This document shows, one piece after another, positions 1 through 8,713 of a stretch of DNA of 50,557 bases. The notes below the pieces were generated by a model that worked only from the letters and a program-made list of their open reading frames with translations, made no database searches and was not told the DNA's origin. Both the position numbers and the translations under genes were made by a program. How positions within the stretch are numbered: the first letter of the stretch is position 1; every line of letters starts with the position of its first letter. This DNA comes from Candidatus Woesearchaeota archaeon (GTDB taxonomy: Archaea; Nanobdellota; Nanobdellia; Woesearchaeales; GW2011-AR9). The stretch covers positions 1 through 50,557 of the forward strand of contig JAGVYN010000012.1 in NCBI GenBank assembly GCA_018303265.1, written 5' to 3'.

Positions 1-134
1 GATTCGCTTGTTGTTTTTTCCAGCTTTGCTTTATGTTTTTCTGCTTTCTTGCTCAGGCTTGGCAGTTGTTTTTCTAGAGTGTTTAACTTTTTGGAATAAA
101 TGTACAAGTGCGCCGCTTCCCGTACGATGCTCAT
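1..134 (-). CDS. hypothetical protein, N-terminal part only (runs off window start)
   Basis: An ATG at 134 on the minus strand (MSIVREAAHLYIYSKKLNTLEKQLPSLSKK...) stays open to position 1. A TTTATAAA box lies 22 nt upstream. No family recognised. Confidence 0.3.
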   Translation of the reverse strand, partial: MSIVREAAHLYIYSKKLNTLEKQLPSLSKKAEKHKAKLEKTTSE

Positions 135-155
135 AATGGAAAGATAATTTTTGGA

Positions 156-163
156 TTTATAAA
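156..163 (-). promoter_or_regulatory. archaeal TATA-box candidate for the partial minus-strand ORF
   Basis: Palindromic TTTATAAA lies 22 nt upstream of the ATG at 134. Other first-in-operon genes in this window show the same spacing. Confidence 0.35.
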
Positions 164-172
164 CCTTGAGTT

Positions 173-907
173 TTACACAACGGTGAGATTAGCAATAATT
201 CCGGGGTGATCACTGGGATAGAGAAAACTTCGTTTTCCAAAATGAGGGGTATAAGGAACAATATCCCATTCCTGGCAGCGTATTCCTTCACTTGCAAGGA
301 TGTAATCAACACCCGGCGCCTCGGGAGTACAATCCTGCAATCTTTGTGTAAGCTGTCCGTATAACGGCGTTTCCCGAGTGAAATTTAAATCCCCGACAAG
401 AACAACATTTTCTTTTTGTTGAACTCTTTGTCCTACATATTCTAACAACTGCGCAAGTTGGCTTTGCAGGTGCGGATCCTGATAATTTCCTTCGGGGGAA
501 GGGCACAGAAGATGGGTATTCACGAAAACAAAATTGCCCAGCTCTTGGTTGTATAGTTCACTTACCTGAAACCCTTTCCTTGCTACGCGGTCAAAGAACT
601 GTTCCGGATGACGCCACCAGCGCCCCTGTTTTGTATAAGTGTGCATTTCTGTTTTTGGCTCTTGTGGAAGGAAATTTTCTTCTATTACACTAACTAACGC
701 TCCTTTTGTAAAGATCATTCCGGGATGATGAAAGGCACGGTAGCCATTCGTCGTGGAAAGTTGTTCCACATCTGCGCCAAACAACACTTCTTGCAAGCCA
801 GCTACCTTCACCTTTTCTTGCAGCATACTATTGCGGATATCATCCAACCTGTCAGACCTGCCCGGCAAGAATGGAAGCCCAAAAGCGTTCCACGTCAGAA
901 TTCTCAT
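173..907 (-). CDS. endonuclease/exonuclease/phosphatase (EEP) family protein
   Basis: The N-terminus MRILTWNAFGL, then GLQEV, LVGDLNF and the C-terminal SDHPGII match the ordered EEP catalytic motifs (N/E, D-N, SDH). Confidence 0.7.
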   Translation of the reverse strand: MRILTWNAFGLPFLPGRSDRLDDIRNSMLQEKVKVAGLQEVLFGADVEQLSTTNGYRAFHHPGMIFTKGALVSVIEENFLPQEPKTEMHTYTKQGRWWRHPEQFFDRVARKGFQVSELYNQELGNFVFVNTHLLCPSPEGNYQDPHLQSQLAQLLEYVGQRVQQKENVVLVGDLNFTRETPLYGQLTQRLQDCTPEAPGVDYILASEGIRCQEWDIVPYTPHFGKRSFLYPSDHPGIIANLTVV

Positions 908-1054
908 ACGGTAGAGATATTTTTATTTTATATAAACATTATTCTGTTTAATTCGTTTCTTGCTTTTTTGGATACCACGCTGACGCTCATTTCTAAAGAC
1001 TTGGAGCTGGCACTAAAAAAGACTATTGACTTTATAGGGTGGGGTTAAGACGCG

Positions 1055-1468
1055 TTATTTTCTAAGAACTCTCTGTATAATACATTCTAATGAAAAGTCT
1101 GGATCACCATAATAATCAGGATCAAAAAATCTTACTTTATCAGCAAAATAATCTACTCCGGCTGCATTCCATTTTTCAGAATATTCTCTTGTCGGTGTAT
1201 TTGACATTCCAATAATCTTTATCCTTTGTCCCTCAGGCTGAGAACGGATTCTACGGCAGATATTATACCCATAAGAATCTGGCATTTCTGTATCTAACAG
1301 AATAATATCGGGATTTTTTTGTAAAAACATATCATATGCTTCTGAACCATCACTCGCTTCGTAAATCTCCTGAAATCCAAGTTCTTTTAGTGCATCAACA
1401 AGATCAGGTCTCGCGAGTCTTTCATCGTCATCAGCTACAAGAACTTTCATTTTTTTGTATTCTGTCAT
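1055..1468 (-). CDS. stand-alone response regulator receiver (CheY-like) protein
   Basis: KVLVADDDE acidic pocket, IILLDTEMPD phospho-acceptor Asp, IIGMS and a conserved Lys region. At 137 aa there is no output domain. Confidence 0.8.
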   Translation of the reverse strand: MTEYKKMKVLVADDDERLARPDLVDALKELGFQEIYEASDGSEAYDMFLQKNPDIILLDTEMPDSYGYNICRRIRSQPEGQRIKIIGMSNTPTREYSEKWNAAGVDYFADKVRFFDPDYYGDPDFSLECIIQRVLRK

Positions 1469-1485
1469 TTTGTTTATTCCTCATC

Positions 1486-1749
1486 TCAAAGTTTTTTGCC
1501 ACCTTGAACTAAATATTCTAAATCAACTACATACTTCCTAAATTTTGCCAACTGACGTATCTCGTCACCATCACCAAAATTGCTCCCTGTAATAATAACG
1601 CCAAGTAGAGATTCATTTCTGTTAAGAAGAAAATTCATCTCTTCGTAGAATCTTTGTCTTGATGTAACTGTCTCCCTACATACTCTTGGTGCATTTCCCG
1701 TACCGATTTCTGGTGGAACTTCGTAAATTATATGATATTTTTTTGCCAT
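1486..1749 (-). CDS. hypothetical protein (87 aa)
   Basis: The ORF lies 17 nt upstream of the receiver gene on the same strand. No recognisable motif. Confidence 0.4.
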   Translation of the reverse strand: MAKKYHIIYEVPPEIGTGNAPRVCRETVTSRQRFYEEMNFLLNRNESLLGVIITGSNFGDGDEIRQLAKFRKYVVDLEYLVQGGKKL

Positions 1750-1834
1750 TTTGTTGTTGCGCTTTTTTATTGTTAAATGGTATTATTGGAATTATATAAA
1801 ATATACCTGCAACATTATTTTACAAAACGACAAA

Positions 1835-1842
1835 TTTATAAA
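1835..1842 (+). promoter_or_regulatory. TATA-box candidate upstream of the Lrp/AsnC-like gene
   Basis: TTTATAAA ends 23 nt before the ATG at 1865, which implies a leaderless or very short 5' UTR. Confidence 0.4.
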
Positions 1843-1864
1843 TAAAAGAGTAGTTTATTTGTAA

Positions 1865-2863
1865 ATGATGATGGAAGAACTGGACATCAAGGACCGGAAG
1901 ATTTTACTAGCTTTAGATATGGGCGCAAGAATGCCGGACAGCTCCATAGCAAAAATTGTCGGATTGTCAAAGCAATTAACCAATTACAGAATTAAACGGT
2001 TGGAAAAGCAGGAAATTATCATTTCTTATTATCCAGTCATAGACCACACAAAATTAGGGTTACAACTTTATCGCATCGCTCTCAAATTAGAAAATGTAAC
2101 CAAAGAAAAAGAACAGGATATTATCAACTACCTCAAAAATCATGCTGGTTGGATAGTTTCTGTTCTGGGAAATTGGGATATTTGGATGGCTATCTATGCT
2201 AAAAACGAATTTGAGTTTATGAAATTCTGGAATAATTTTTATGAAAAATATGGGGCTTACATCGAAAATCGCTGGATTTCTTTAATGACCAAATTTCTAA
2301 ATTTTGAACGTTCATTTATTTATCCACAAAAGAAGAATAGAGATAGAAAATTGATCATAGGCGAAAATCCAAAAATTCTTCCTTTAACCACTGTTGATTT
2401 AACGATACTCAAAGAACTAACAAAAAATGCCAGGCAAACGAGTCTAGAATTATCAAAAAAAATCAATCAAACGGAGAGAGTTGTCAGATACAGACTCCAA
2501 AAATTAGAAAATCAAAAGATAATTCTCGGCTATCGTCCATTTATTAATACTGACCTATTAGGATTCAAATATTACAAACTATTTATTCAACTTAAAGACG
2601 TAACAAAACAAGATTTACAAAAAATAAAAACGTATATCACACAAAATCCTAATGTTGTTTACAACACGGAAGCACTAGGTGGATACGACTTTGAGATTGA
2701 AGTTCAATTCTCTAATTCTCAGGAACTAATACAATTTATTTCTAATTTGAGAGAAGCTTTTCCAACCAACATCAAAAACATTAATCATATGGAGTATATC
2801 AAAGAGTACAAAATAAGCTATTTTCCCAAGGTTTATAATCTAAAAGATTACGATTTAAATTAA
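1865..2863 (+). CDS. tandem Lrp/AsnC-type transcriptional regulator (two HTH plus ligand-domain units)
   Basis: There are two internal repeats of the AsnC-type HTH: DIKDRKILLALDMGARMPDSSIAKIVGLSKQLTNYRIKRLEKQEII and DLTILKELTKNARQTSLELSKKINQTERVVRYRLQKLENQKII. Each is followed by a RAM-like segment. Confidence 0.7.
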   Translation: MMMEELDIKDRKILLALDMGARMPDSSIAKIVGLSKQLTNYRIKRLEKQEIIISYYPVIDHTKLGLQLYRIALKLENVTKEKEQDIINYLKNHAGWIVSVLGNWDIWMAIYAKNEFEFMKFWNNFYEKYGAYIENRWISLMTKFLNFERSFIYPQKKNRDRKLIIGENPKILPLTTVDLTILKELTKNARQTSLELSKKINQTERVVRYRLQKLENQKIILGYRPFINTDLLGFKYYKLFIQLKDVTKQDLQKIKTYITQNPNVVYNTEALGGYDFEIEVQFSNSQELIQFISNLREAFPTNIKNINHMEYIKEYKISYFPKVYNLKDYDLN

Positions 2864-2865
2864 AC

Positions 2866-3540
2866 TTATTTCTTAATAATAATCAAGCAATGGTCTTTTT
2901 CTAAAGGGTCAAGGATACGGTAATCAATTACCGTAAATATTGCTTCCAGCTGTTTTCGTATTTCGATAAAAAGTAGTTTTGGGTTTTTGGCAATATCAAT
3001 GCTTCGCGCCTTTACCGCCAGCAGCCCATACCCACCTTTCTTGAGAAAGAGATGGCAATTTTTAATGAAAATCTCCGCCTGGTTTTTTTGGGCGATGTCC
3101 TGATAGACGATATCTGCCGCGCATACTTTGTCAAGATACTCATCAGGATGATTGGCATCAGCTAAGATGGGAACAATATTTTTTCTGTCTTCTGCAAGGA
3201 ACACTAAATCACGTATCACCCGCGGGGCAGGGTCGATGCCGAAAATTACTCCTTCCGTTCCCACCATGTCGGAAACAAATGATGCCGTGTAGCCATGGCT
3301 CACTCCTAAATAAAGAACAACATCATCTTTACGAATGCCGGCATTGGTGCATCCTTTAACAATTGCCGCCGCAAGCTTGCTTCGCATGGGATCAAATTCA
3401 CGGTATTCTTCATTGTCGTCTTTAACGATGCGTTCATCAAATGGCGCTTTCCCCGGGAGAATGCTTTTTGTAAAGATGCGTTTCCCTCGCGCTTCCTGGT
3501 AGAGTTCAAACACTTTGTGCGGTATAATTTTTCGGCTCAT
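2866..3540 (-). CDS. flpA: fibrillarin-like rRNA/tRNA 2'-O-methyltransferase
   Basis: YREFDPMRSKLAAAIVKG, VLYLGVSHGYTASFVSDMVG (SAM motif) and DIVYQDIAQKNQAEI. The gene is translationally coupled to the upstream Nop5 gene by a 4-nt overlap, the canonical archaeal pair. Confidence 0.9.
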   Translation of the reverse strand: MSRKIIPHKVFELYQEARGKRIFTKSILPGKAPFDERIVKDDNEEYREFDPMRSKLAAAIVKGCTNAGIRKDDVVLYLGVSHGYTASFVSDMVGTEGVIFGIDPAPRVIRDLVFLAEDRKNIVPILADANHPDEYLDKVCAADIVYQDIAQKNQAEIFIKNCHLFLKKGGYGLLAVKARSIDIAKNPKLLFIEIRKQLEAIFTVIDYRILDPLEKDHCLIIIKK

Positions 3541-4439
3541 CGGATTTTTTCCTCTAACATTTTCTTGTATTCCGGCGCTTTAAACTCTCCCTTGAAATAA
3601 TCCAGCCTGGCGCAGAGGGAAAGTTTATCTGCCAGCACCCGGGCCATTTTCCCCCGTTCTTGCCTTTGCGCTTTCTGGACGAAAGGGTGCTGGAACAGCA
3701 CGCCGTATTTCGGGCTTCTGCTTTTTGTTTTCAGATGCCGGAACAGCGCTTTCTCCGCTCCCAATAACTGAATCGTCGAGGCCGGAAGCATCGCCAGCCT
3801 TTTCAATCCTCTGGCGAGCTCAATCAATTTTGCGCCGATCGTCGCCCCGGCCAATTCCAGCAGGTTAGGGCAATAAGGCTTCATAATTTGTTCCAAATAC
3901 TTCTCATGTTTTTTCCGCAAGTCGTACAATGTGCGTATTTCCTTTGCCAACAACATCATTTCCTCAACATGTTCTTCTCCCAGGTCAGCGCCCATTGTGG
4001 TGTTTCGTTTTCCTTCTAATACTAAATCTATATATTTTTCATGACTGCTGACGTTTTCAGACAATTCCGGATAATACCAGCTATGCCATTCCCGCAGCCG
4101 TTTGACGAGAATGTTCGATACTTTATCCAACTCGGAGATATTGCCGATCGTCTGCAGAATTAACTGGTCTTCATTGACGGAATTTTTGATGGCCTGTTTT
4201 GTCAACTGAAGATTTTTGGTGTAAAAGTCCTGATAATATCTTTTGTCTTTGAAGAGAGAGAGAACCATTGCTATTTTTTCTTGAGGCAGGGGTTGCGTGT
4301 TATGTTTCTTTTGCAGTTTTGCTTCTGATTTTTCTTTGCGGAGATACTCATCGGCATCTTTGAATACAATGGAATCAACAATCTTTATTTTTTCATCTAG
4401 CACGAAACTGCCGAGGATATTGGTAAAGAGATAATTCAT
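3537..4439 (-). CDS. nop5: C/D box sRNP protein Nop5 (Nop56/58 homolog)
   Basis: The NOP domain reads LPASTIQLLGAEKALFRHLKTKSRSPKYGVLFQHPFVQKA. Adjacent to fibrillarin. At 300 aa it appears compact. Confidence 0.85.
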   Translation of the reverse strand: MNYLFTNILGSFVLDEKIKIVDSIVFKDADEYLRKEKSEAKLQKKHNTQPLPQEKIAMVLSLFKDKRYYQDFYTKNLQLTKQAIKNSVNEDQLILQTIGNISELDKVSNILVKRLREWHSWYYPELSENVSSHEKYIDLVLEGKRNTTMGADLGEEHVEEMMLLAKEIRTLYDLRKKHEKYLEQIMKPYCPNLLELAGATIGAKLIELARGLKRLAMLPASTIQLLGAEKALFRHLKTKSRSPKYGVLFQHPFVQKAQRQERGKMARVLADKLSLCARLDYFKGEFKAPEYKKMLEEKIR

Positions 4440-4461
4440 GCATTTTTCAAAAAGAGCAAGC

Positions 4462-4469
4462 TATATAAA
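4462..4469. promoter_or_regulatory. single shared TATA element in the 56-bp divergent nop5 / zinc-ribbon intergenic region
   Basis: TATATAAA lies 23 nt from the nop5 ATG (4439, minus strand) and 27 nt from the ATG at 4496 (plus strand). Confidence 0.4.
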
Positions 4470-4495
4470 CCTTATCACTTGTTCGGTGCGTTCGC

Positions 4496-4708
4496 ATGAA
4501 GATAGAACAGTGTTACTGCGGCCATCAATTGGATTCTCTTTGCTGCCATTCCGAATGGGGCGATCGGGAAGAACAGCATTACAAAAGTGTTGTGTGTAAT
4601 GAATGCGGACGAAAAAATTGGCTTAAAGTGGGTTTCCTTGGCTCTGGCCATGACGTTGAAAACGTAGTGTCTATAGACTCAATTGTGAAAAAAGTACATG
4701 AGAAGTAA
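4496..4708 (+). CDS. small cysteine-rich (zinc-ribbon-like) protein
   Basis: 70 aa with CYC...CC...CNEC cysteine pairs. A TATA box sits at appropriate spacing. No family recognised. Confidence 0.4.
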   Translation: MKIEQCYCGHQLDSLCCHSEWGDREEQHYKSVVCNECGRKNWLKVGFLGSGHDVENVVSIDSIVKKVHEK

Positions 4709-4773
4709 TTTTTCAAGTAAACATGTATTAATGATAATATAAAAATAGATAATATAATTAAACATAATAAAAA

Positions 4774-5244
4774 ATGGCAATGTTACGACCAAGACAAAAA
4801 GCACCTTCTTTTATTTTACTAAATCAAGAAGGTAAGAAAGTAAACCTTACTGATTTCAAAAGAAAATGGGTTGTTCTCTATTTCTATCCTAAAGATAACA
4901 CTCCTGGATGTACAATTGAAGCAATTGATTTTTCAAAACTAAAAACTGAATTTGAAAAGCATAATGTTGTTGTTCTTGGCGTCAGTCCGGATTCCGCGAA
5001 AAGCCATTGCAGTTTCATAGAGAAAAAGGATTTGACAATCATGTTATTAAGTGATGAAGAGAAGAAAGCGGCTGCGCTGTATGGCGTCTGGGGAAAGAAA
5101 AAATTCATGGGCCGTGAATTTATGGGGGTGATCAGAAGCACGTTTTTAATTGATCCTGCCGGGAAGATTGCCCATGTTTGGAGTCCTGTTTCAGTCAAAG
5201 GGCATGCGGAAGAAGTGTTGGGAATAGTGAAAGGGTTAAAATAG
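4774..5244 (+). CDS. bcp: thiol peroxidase / peroxiredoxin, Bcp type
   Basis: APSFILLNQEGKKVNLTDFKRKWVVLYFYPKDNTPGCTIEA contains the PxxxTxxC peroxidatic motif, and LGVSPDS follows. Confidence 0.85.
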   Translation: MAMLRPRQKAPSFILLNQEGKKVNLTDFKRKWVVLYFYPKDNTPGCTIEAIDFSKLKTEFEKHNVVVLGVSPDSAKSHCSFIEKKDLTIMLLSDEEKKAAALYGVWGKKKFMGREFMGVIRSTFLIDPAGKIAHVWSPVSVKGHAEEVLGIVKGLK

Positions 5245-5348
5245 GTATGGGGTCTTCCTAACGAGAATAGATTAGTTGATTTACCCTCAATTCCACCACA
5301 ATCTTTATAAATAACCTACTTTCTTGAGAATATTCAATCGTAATTACA

Positions 5349-5411
5349 CTGATGAGCGAGACTCGTTAAATAATTATGGTTAGATTAGCCTGATAAGATA
5401 ACCATCACTGA
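5349..5411 (+). ncRNA. candidate C/D box sRNA (weak)
   Basis: CUGAUGA (C box) at 5349-5355, UGAUAA (C'-like) at 5391-5396, an 11-nt spacer, then CUGA (D box) at 5408-5411. TTTATAAA at 5303-5310 lies upstream. No convincing D' box. Confidence 0.2.
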
Positions 5412-5497
5412 CCCTTTCTTTGATGGAAATCCCAAATAGGCAATTACACAAAAAAACAATAGAGAAACAAGAGATATTACTATCTCGCTAGAAAACT

Positions 5498-6460
5498 ATG
5501 CCTAAAGTAAGTCATCCGCGACGGGGAAGTATGCAGTTTTGGCCTCGAAAAAGGTCAAAACACAGTTTAGCTAGAATATCCTCCTGGTCTGCTGAGAATA
5601 AAGCAAAACCCCTTGGTTTCATTGGCTATAAAGCAGGAATGACTCATGTTATCGCCGTTGATAACCGGCCTAAATCCCTCACCAAAGGAGAAAAAATTGC
5701 TCGTCCAGCAACAATCATTGATTGCCCACCCATGACGGTGGCAGGAGTTGCTTTTTATACAACATCTTTGTTGGGAATGCGTAAAACAACCAGCGTCCTC
5801 TATGAAAAAATGGATAAATCCATTGGCAAAAAAATTCAGCTTCCCAAGAAGACGACAAAGAAACTTGCTGAGGTTACTGGTTTTGATGATTTACGTTTAT
5901 TGGTCCACACTAATCCGAAACGTACGCCGACCGGTGCAAAAAAACCAAAATTACTTGAGATCGCACTGGGTGGATCAAAAGAAGACAAATTAGCCTACGC
6001 TAAAGAAATGCTTGGAAAGGAAATTTCGCTTGGCGCTGTTTTTGAGAATGGTGTTCAGGTTGATGTTCACGGCATTACGAAAGGAAAAGGATTTCAGGGG
6101 ACAGTGAAGCGCTATGGTGTGCCTATTAGGCAGCATAAAGCAGAAAAAACGAAGCGGGGAATTGCCACGCTTGGTTCATGGACGCCAAAACGGATTGAAT
6201 TTACTGTTGCCCAGCCGGGAAAAATGGGATACCATCTACGAACAGAATATAACAAACAGATCTTCAAGCTTGGTGAGAATGGTCAGGAAGTAACACCTGA
6301 CGGCGGCCTCACTCGGTATGGAACGATCAAGAACCAGTATTGTCTGCTGGCCGGTTCCGTTGTCGGTCCTGTAAAACGTCCCGTCGTTCTTACCGCTGCT
6401 ATTCGCCCCAACAAAAAAATAATGAAAGAGGCATTTACAATTAACACAATCACAAAATAA
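5498..6460 (+). CDS. rpl3: 50S ribosomal protein uL3
   Basis: MPKVSHPRRGSMQFWPRKRS and GKGFQGTVKRYG. First gene of the conserved archaeal uL3-uL4-uL23-uL2 order. Confidence 0.95.
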   Translation: MPKVSHPRRGSMQFWPRKRSKHSLARISSWSAENKAKPLGFIGYKAGMTHVIAVDNRPKSLTKGEKIARPATIIDCPPMTVAGVAFYTTSLLGMRKTTSVLYEKMDKSIGKKIQLPKKTTKKLAEVTGFDDLRLLVHTNPKRTPTGAKKPKLLEIALGGSKEDKLAYAKEMLGKEISLGAVFENGVQVDVHGITKGKGFQGTVKRYGVPIRQHKAEKTKRGIATLGSWTPKRIEFTVAQPGKMGYHLRTEYNKQIFKLGENGQEVTPDGGLTRYGTIKNQYCLLAGSVVGPVKRPVVLTAAIRPNKKIMKEAFTINTITK

Positions 6461-6487
6461 AACAAATAAAAATATCCTGCTACCAAA

Positions 6488-7294
6488 ATGAAATTACCAA
6501 TCGTCAATGAAAAAAATGTAAAATCAGGAGAAAAAGCTTTGCCTCTTCAGTTTACTGAAGAATACCGACCTGATTTGATTAAACGGGCCGTGCATGCCTT
6601 GCAAAGCGCTGCACGTCAAGCATATGGTGCATATCCAGAAGCTGGGCAGCGGCATTCCTCCGAAACCAGCAAACGGCGGCGCAAGTATCGTGGAACGTAT
6701 GGTTTTGGGATCAGTAGGGTAAAACGAAAAATTCACACCCGACGAGGAACACGATTTTTCTGGGTAGGATCGACTACCCCGCAAACTGTCGGCGGAAGAA
6801 GAGCGCATCCACCTAAAGCAGAAAAAATTGTTGAGAAGAAAATTAACATCAAAGAAAATCGGAAGGCCATCCGTTCGGCAATGGCTGCTACGGTAAATAA
6901 AAATATTGTCATGCAGCGTGGCCATAAAGTTCCTGCAGGGTATCCTTTTATTGTTTCCTCATTTATCGAACAGTTGAACAAAACCAGCGATGTGGAAAAA
7001 GCGTTGCTGCAACTCGGTTTCAAAGATGAATTGCAACGCTCATTGATTAAGAAAATCCGCGCGGGGATAGGTAAAATGCGCGGCCGGAAATACCGGCGTA
7101 AGAAAGGGATACTTTTAGTTGTTGGTGGCGAATGTCCATTATTGAAAGCCGCAACAAACATACCTGGTATTGATGTTGTACCGGCCCAAGCGGTTAATGT
7201 AGAATTTCTTGCACCTGGAGCAATGCCGGGACGTGTCACATTATGGACTGAACATGCTCTGGAAACAATTGAAACAGAAAAATTATTTAGGTAA
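6488..7294 (+). CDS. rpl4: 50S ribosomal protein uL4
   Basis: Position after uL3. RRKYRGTYGFGISRV and GRKYRRKKG segments. Confidence 0.9.
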   Translation: MKLPIVNEKNVKSGEKALPLQFTEEYRPDLIKRAVHALQSAARQAYGAYPEAGQRHSSETSKRRRKYRGTYGFGISRVKRKIHTRRGTRFFWVGSTTPQTVGGRRAHPPKAEKIVEKKINIKENRKAIRSAMAATVNKNIVMQRGHKVPAGYPFIVSSFIEQLNKTSDVEKALLQLGFKDELQRSLIKKIRAGIGKMRGRKYRRKKGILLVVGGECPLLKAATNIPGIDVVPAQAVNVEFLAPGAMPGRVTLWTEHALETIETEKLFR

Positions 7295-7296
7295 AC

Positions 7297-7614
7297 ATGG
7301 CAGAAGAAAAGAAAGTCACGGGAAAAGAACAGCCTGTACAAAAAAGGGAACAGTTTGATCCGCACAGTATTATTAAATACCCTTTATCAACTGAAAAAAG
7401 CATCCGCCAGATTGAATTCGATAACAAATTAGTGTTTGCCGTTCATCCTCGAGCAACAAAATCAGATGTGAAGAAAGCCATAGAAAAACTGTTTAATGTG
7501 AAAGTAGCCGAGGTTAATATCCATAATTCATTTCAGGGACAGAAAAGAGCGTATGTAAAGCTAGGATCAGGACATCTCGCCTCTGATGTTAGTGCTGATT
7601 TGGGGTTGATCTAA
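7297..7614 (+). CDS. rpl23: 50S ribosomal protein uL23
   Basis: KYPLSTEKSIRQIEFDNKLVFAVHPRATKSDVKKAIEKLFNVKV, plus operon position. Confidence 0.9.
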   Translation: MAEEKKVTGKEQPVQKREQFDPHSIIKYPLSTEKSIRQIEFDNKLVFAVHPRATKSDVKKAIEKLFNVKVAEVNIHNSFQGQKRAYVKLGSGHLASDVSADLGLI

Positions 7615-7615
7615 A

Positions 7616-8320
7616 ATGGGTAAACGATTAATTCAACAACGACGAGGAAGGGGAACAAATACCTATCGTTCACCGGGGCATCGATTTCGAGGAGAAGTAA
7701 AACATACGCTCATGGAAACAAGCGGAATGGTTATGGACTTGGTTCATTGCCCGGGACACAGCGCTCCGTTGATGGAAGTTTCTTATATCACGGGAGAGAA
7801 AAGACTTGCTTTTGCTCCCGAGACCATTAAAGTAGGGGATAGTATTGTCGTTGGCCCAGGTGCTGAAGTAAAGGAAGGGAATGTTCTTTCCTTACGAGAG
7901 ATTCCCGAAGGGACACTGATTCATAATATTGAATTGCGGCCAGGTGATGGCGGCAAAATGGTCCGTGCATCAGGAACATTTGCGAAAGTAGTAGCACGGT
8001 CTGAAGAAGGTGTAAGAGTTGCTCTTCCATCAAAAAAAGAAAAACTCTTTTTACCTGCATGTCGTGCAGCCATCGGTATTCTTGCCGGTGCAGGCAGGAC
8101 AGACAAACCTTTCCTTAAAGCAGGCACAAGGCATAAAAAGATGAAAGCACGCAATAAATTGTATCCAAAAGTGTGCGGCGTTTCCATGAACGCAGTGGAT
8201 CATCCGTTCGGTGGGTCTTCATCTCACATTAAAGGAAGACCGACGCAAAGTCCGCGTAATGCACCGCCTGGACGTAAGGTAGGTAAAATAGCGCCACGAA
8301 GAACGGGAAGGAAGAAATAG
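7616..8320 (+). CDS. rpl2: 50S ribosomal protein uL2
   Basis: GRGTNTYRSPGHRFRGEVKH and SMNAVDHPFGGSS. Confidence 0.95.
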   Translation: MGKRLIQQRRGRGTNTYRSPGHRFRGEVKHTLMETSGMVMDLVHCPGHSAPLMEVSYITGEKRLAFAPETIKVGDSIVVGPGAEVKEGNVLSLREIPEGTLIHNIELRPGDGGKMVRASGTFAKVVARSEEGVRVALPSKKEKLFLPACRAAIGILAGAGRTDKPFLKAGTRHKKMKARNKLYPKVCGVSMNAVDHPFGGSSSHIKGRPTQSPRNAPPGRKVGKIAPRRTGRKK

Positions 8321-8330
8321 AGGATAAACA

Positions 8331-8711
8331 ATGGCAAAAGTATTCACGTGGAGAGGCAAAACGGAACAGGAACTCAAACAATTAGATTTGAAAATGTTTA
8401 TGGGGTTAGTTCCAGCGCGTCAACGACGATCCCTCAAAAGAGGATTTACGGAACAGCAACAAATACTCCTAAAGCGCATTGAAGTTGACGATAAAAATAT
8501 CAAAACCCATTGTCGGAACATGATCATCATTCCTCAATTCATTGGAAAAAACATTCGTATCTATAACGGGAAAGAGTTTATTCCTCTTACCATTACTGCT
8601 GAAATGCTTGGTCATTATTTAGGAGAATTTGCACATACCCGAAAATCTGTTACCCACAGTGCTGCTGGTATTGGCGCGACACGGTCCAGTAAATCAGTAT
8701 CTGCAAGATAA
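8331..8711 (+). CDS. rps19: 30S ribosomal protein uS19
   Basis: RRSLKRGF and GKEFIPLTITAEMLGHYLGEFAHTRK. Confidence 0.95.
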   Translation: MAKVFTWRGKTEQELKQLDLKMFMGLVPARQRRSLKRGFTEQQQILLKRIEVDDKNIKTHCRNMIIIPQFIGKNIRIYNGKEFIPLTITAEMLGHYLGEFAHTRKSVTHSAAGIGATRSSKSVSAR

Positions 8712-8713
8712 GC

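Noticed and set aside
3537-4439. Nop5 is only 300 aa, which raises the question of a missing domain.
   Set aside because: The NOP domain and an N-terminal region are present, and lengths vary among archaea. Without an alignment I cannot claim a domain loss.
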